Part shown: positions 58,662 through 64,000 of the stretch, in pieces
How the letters are laid out: each line of letters opens with the position of its first letter
How positions within the stretch are numbered: position 1 is the stretch's first letter
Assembly (NCBI RefSeq): GCF_009914755.1
Contig: NC_060943.1
Length of the DNA: 64,000 bases
Origin: the human T2T-CHM13v2.0 reference genome, Homo sapiens
Strand: one strand, 5' to 3'
Notes under the pieces: generated by a model
The model's database searches: none
Told to the model about the DNA's origin: nothing
What the model saw: only the letters and a program-made list of their open reading frames with translations
Position numbers and translations under genes: made by a program

Positions 58662-61600
58662 TAGTAGAGATGGGGTTTCTCCATGTTGGTCAGGCTGGTC
58701 TTGAACTCCCGACCTCAGGTGACCTACCTACCTCGACCTCCCAAAATGCTGGGATTACAGGCATGAGCCACCGTGCCAGGCTGGGATTTAAGTTTTTCTT
58801 AGGTAAACTTAGGAAAAACAGAACTGGAAATACTCCAGTGACATAGAAAACAAATTCTACCTAGGTTCTTTTCCCTGCCCCAGTTCTGATCAGATTCACC
58901 ATTTTTGGAGGCCTTATTTAGGTCTGGCCTCACTCTGGAGTGTTCCCTTACAAAACTGATTTATAAAGATTCAAGTTTTTGGGGGTAAATCCTGCTGACT
59001 TTCTAGAGCTGCTGCTCACAGTATCCTGAAACCCAAAAGCAGATACATAAGAAAAATAAACTATACATTTTAAGATCTTAATTTTTAAATTTTGTAGTAA
59101 AACCAGTGCTTACAGAAACGTTCCATTTAGCAGATTTTCTGTTCCTGCAGATCCAGTAGCTGCTCTACAAGTCATAAACAAGTAAACATAAACACAAAAA
59201 AATTTCTCTAAACTACATTCTAAATCCTGAGAATTATTGAACACTTAGTATGAACTTTCAAGGTGTTAGTAGGACATAATAACAAATAATAACACATAAT
59301 GTGTTATTCCCAGCACAGTGCTCTGCAACATACTATTGAGCACATAGTACCTGCTTAATAAACATTGCATTAGTTCATGTGTACATGTTGTTTTTTAAAT
59401 GCAGACTTATTTAGACATTGCTGCCTTCTGTGTCCTCTGTAAACTTTAGAGAGCCAGCAAAGAATATGAAACTTTACATTTTTTGTCTTTATTTGGGTAT
59501 CAGAAGTATTGTATTGTGACAAGAGTGCGGCATGTAAAGGACTCTGTGCTGTGCCTGCTTTCTCTAACTAATGCTAATAATGAGCCCAGGGGGAGCAACA
59601 TCAGCATTGACAGGGGACTTGTTTGAAACACCCATCCATGGACCCTTTCCAAACCTACAGAATCACATTACATAAAGTGGGACCAACGTTACCAAGTGAT
59701 TTTTGAGCTCATTAAAGGTTGAGAGGCAATGCTTAGCTAAGTGGTTATCAGCCTAGACTTCTCATTAGCATTACATGGCCAATTTGCAGAAATCTCTTTA
59801 CTTGTACCCTTTCCACAGGTTCTGTTTATTGTTCTAGGTGAAAGTATTCATGTTGTTTTAATTGTGTCTCATGTGACTCTAAGGTGAGGCCAGAATCAAG
59901 TGTGTGGGGTTCAAGATACATTCATGAGAGTTAAGTTCCACCTTTGCACTAAAAGGTAGTCACAGGGACCGTTCTGTTTGGTTTTGATAGGGAGAGGTCA
60001 GTGTCACCCATATTTCCATTACTGTAGCAGAAATTGCTGGTGTTTGTGGCAAAAGCAGGCACCTGAAGACAGAAATAGAGAAACATATTTTTATATTCAT
60101 TGAGCAGTTCATTGTTCCTGAATCTCTGCTGTTATAAAGGACAGAAATGGGTGGGCTTTTTCTGCAGTTCTTAGTTCTTTTTTCTGTGGGTGTGAGACTA
60201 GCAGGTAAACAGGTGGTGCTGACGCCTTTTAAGGAATTTTTTCAAGACACAGGTGTAACTTCTCCAGAGAATGTCATCTGAAAAGCATTTCCAAAGAAGA
60301 CAAAAGAGGAAAAATGGCTTTTTTTTTTTTTTCAGCTAAACATGTGTCAGATGAAGAGCTGTGTCCACTCTGCCTCCTGGAGTGCGATGCATTTAGTCCT
60401 TGCAAACATTTACTTCTCTACTTGTGTTTCTTTCCCCTAATGAGTTTAACTACTTTAAAAAATTCTTGTGGTAGTCAAGGGTCTCTGCAAAATATCTCTC
60501 TCCTATATCCCAGAGCCTTCTCTACACTCTCTAAATCATGGCTTCTTATACGCCATGCAGAATTCTTACCAGGAATTTTTGATCTGCACTATTAAAAGTG
60601 TTTCCCTTGTTGCTGTTGAACGTGGAAAGATGTGGATACTCAAGATTCCTATTGGGGGAACGTCCTTAGTAAGGATGGAGAACATGTAATGTTGAGGTTT
60701 CATATGTGTTCTTCATTAGCTCTGTTCAGAACAGGATTAAGAAAATGCTTATTTAAACTGGATGGCATTTATTACTCTGAAAGTTCTGAAAAAAAAATTA
60801 TTGCGAGATACCCGCTTTCTAGGGTGCTAAAGAAAGACTACTTTAAATTGTTATTAAAAATTACAGAACATAGAAGATATCTGCATCTTGAACTCTGCAT
60901 AAAACTGATTTTTCTGTGTGGTTAAATTCAGACTATACTTTTTGGGGGGCAATATCTCAGTAATGATGCTGTGTTCTTCGGTGTGCGTCAGCACATCACA
61001 AAAATTTGTCCTTGTGCAGTTGATTTTAAAATTTACTTCAAGAGCTCTCGGAAATATTCATTTCACTGTAGAGTTAATTATTTTTCTCCTCATTATTAAG
61101 TATCTTTATGTAGCCAAAGAAGAGCTGTGCATAAATCATCACATTTAATCTGGCAGCTGCCTTTCTTTCTTAGGTTTTCTTTGCATATGTCTATCTTTGG
61201 AAAATGAAGACTCTTATCTTTGTTTACAGGCCAGAAAAATGGGGTAAAACACAGGCTCTTCCACTTACTGGATGTTTGACAAAATGTTCTTTTTGGGCGA
61301 AATACATTGGCATTACTAGTGAGCTTGTTAGAAATTCAGAATCTCAGACTTTATTTCACATCTTCTGAAAAAAAAAAATCTGCATAAGATCTCCAGTGTA
61401 TTGTACACATTAAAACTTGAGAGGTGCTGTCTAACTCAACATGTCATTTTTGCCTAAAAAATATGCACTACTCATTCTTTGTGATGCAAATATAACACTA
61501 AAAAATATACATGTTTGTGTTCATGCCTTTCGTTTTTATACTTTATTGTTCATAAAATTATCATATATACAGCGGTATTGTGGATCTTATACCATTCTCT

Positions 61601-61750
61601 TCTCTCAGAGTTAGAGAATACATTAGAGAATATTTCTGTGTTGAAAATTGTTGGATGATTTCAGTTATTCCTGTAAGTCAGAACCAATTTTCTTTACTCT
61701 CTCATTTAACCTTAATTCAAATGATAAATTCTGCCCGTGGACACGTGTAA

Positions 61751-61966
<216 letters not shown>

Positions 61967-62374
61967 TAGAATAATTTTTGGTAGTTTATGCTTTGCATAA
62001 ATGCGTTTCTGATCCCTGTTTTCAAAAAATTGCGAGGAATTATCCATGTAGAAAAAAATTTCCTCAAGATGTTTTATCTTAGCCTGAACTTTTTGCATTC
62101 CTGAGCTGGTCTGTACCCTTCACTCTAGAGTAGTGGTAATCTCAGAAATTTAGTAGTATAAAATATTGTTGCCCATAGGTTAAAATCTATTTGCCACCAC
62201 TAATTTTTGATTCATGAGCACTGAGTAGCAAAATTAAGGACCTACAAATTTAAAATATTTTCTAAATGTAAGAACTTTCTGTCATTAAATAGTATTTTGG
62301 GATGAATTTTCTAGAATATTCTATTACCTCCTCTTTACTAAGCACAGTAATAGGTAGGTAATTAGAGAATATGA

Positions 62375-62509
<135 letters not shown>

Positions 62510-63732
62510 TGAGAGTGAATAAAACAGTTGACATAGATGAAAGGTTGGAAGATTACAAAAAAAAAAAAGCAGTCCCTATAATGTGATTTGGGAAGCTGTG
62601 TTCCAAAGCAAATAGATTCTGGGAAGCCTGAGGTGTGTGGTTTTTTTGTTTGTTTTCTTTTTGTTGTTGTTACTGTCACATAGGGCCATCTTCTGTCTTA
62701 GGCTTTTAAATTCTCTAAGGATTCTACTTTCCCTTCATTGATTTTCCTTCAAGTTCACAGTGAGAGCCAGAGTCCTCTTCATGGCATATAAAAGACTGCA
62801 CAATCTGACTGCATTTCCATTGTTTTGGGGGACACACAAATATCTGCATGATTTTGAGAAACTTTATGTTAAACTATTTTTTTAGTTCTCTTTTGCATCA
62901 TGTCTAAAATGTGTGAGAGTAGTGGTCACTGTTCTATTGGTTTTTATGTTAATTTTCTGCACATTCCATCTTTTTTTATTAGTATATTCTTGAAATATAG
63001 TCTGAAATTATAAAATATAATGTCTCTCTGCTTTGTTCTTTTTCCTCAAGATTGCTTTGGCTATTCAAAGTTTATTGTAGTTTTTTTGTTTTGTTTTGTT
63101 TTTTGTTTTGAGATGGAGTTTCACTCTTGTTGCCCAGGTTGGAGTGCAAAGGCGCCATCTTGGCTCATCGTAACCTCTGCCTCCAGCGATTCTCCTATGT
63201 CAGCCTCCCGAGTAGCTGAGACTACAGGCATGCACCACCATGAGAGTTTTTAGTAAAAACTCATGTTTTTATAAAAAGTTTTATTAAAAAATTGGATTTT
63301 TAGTATACTTGCCTTGGCCTCCCAAAGTGTTGGGATTACAGGCGTGAGCCACTACACCCAGCCTTTTTTTCTATTTTATACTTTCATTCCATTTTGGTCA
63401 TAGGATGTAATTCATAAAATGTCAAATTTAACAAATTTTTATGACTCCGTTTTTGGCCTAACAGGTGGTCTATCAAAGAGAATGTTGCATAAGCTATTTT
63501 GAAGGATGTGTTTCCTCATATTCTTGAGGACTCTTCTCTATTTCTCTGTTAAAAATAATTGTACAGGCTGGGCGCAGTGGCTCATGCCTGTAATCCCAAC
63601 ACTTTGGGAGGCCGAGGCGAGCGGATCATCTGAGTTTGGGAGTTTGAGACCAGCCTGACCAACATGGAGAAACCCCATCTCTACTAAAAATACAAAATTA
63701 GCCAGGTATGGCAGCACGTGCCTGTAGTCCTA

Positions 63733-63892
<160 letters not shown>

Positions 63893-64000
63893 TTACTAAT
63901 ATTCTGTCTTGTTTTATTTTTATTACAGAAAGTGGGGTATTGAAATTTCCTACTATAATTATATTGCTGTCTAGGTGTTTCTTCCAGTCTGTCAATATTT

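Overview
This is primate genomic DNA, almost certainly human, from the 19p12 ZNF91-family KRAB zinc-finger cluster. Two paralogous KRAB-ZNF genes are arranged head to head, with promoters about 29 kb apart. The + strand gene has an ATG exon, a 93-nt N-terminal exon, and KRAB-A and KRAB-B exons; I recognise its protein from memory as ZNF738. The - strand gene shows only exon 1 and intron 1 here and is probably ZNF708, inferred from remembered gene order. No zinc-finger exon lies in the window. Positions ~1-20400 and ~41820-59340 are two arms of an old inverted duplication, so each arm serves as an empty-site control for insertions in the other. The ~21-kb spacer is nested retroelements: a MER57 LTR and internal region, an LTR10 solo LTR, a 6.9-kb two-LTR HERV-K(HML-3)/HERVK9 provirus inserted inside an Alu, a MER11 solo LTR and L1PB. 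Also present are a BNIP3 processed pseudogene, an internally deleted MER41A provirus, L1 fragments and dozens of Alus. Almost all ORFs in the supplied track are Alu, L1 or ERV by-products. I found no convincing new biological system. The most interesting signals are small: a coding exon live in one paralog and dead in the other, templated or palindromic repair scars, over-long Alu TSDs, and an apparent parallel Alu insertion. Repeat subfamily names come from recalled consensus sequences and need RepeatMasker/Dfam confirmation.
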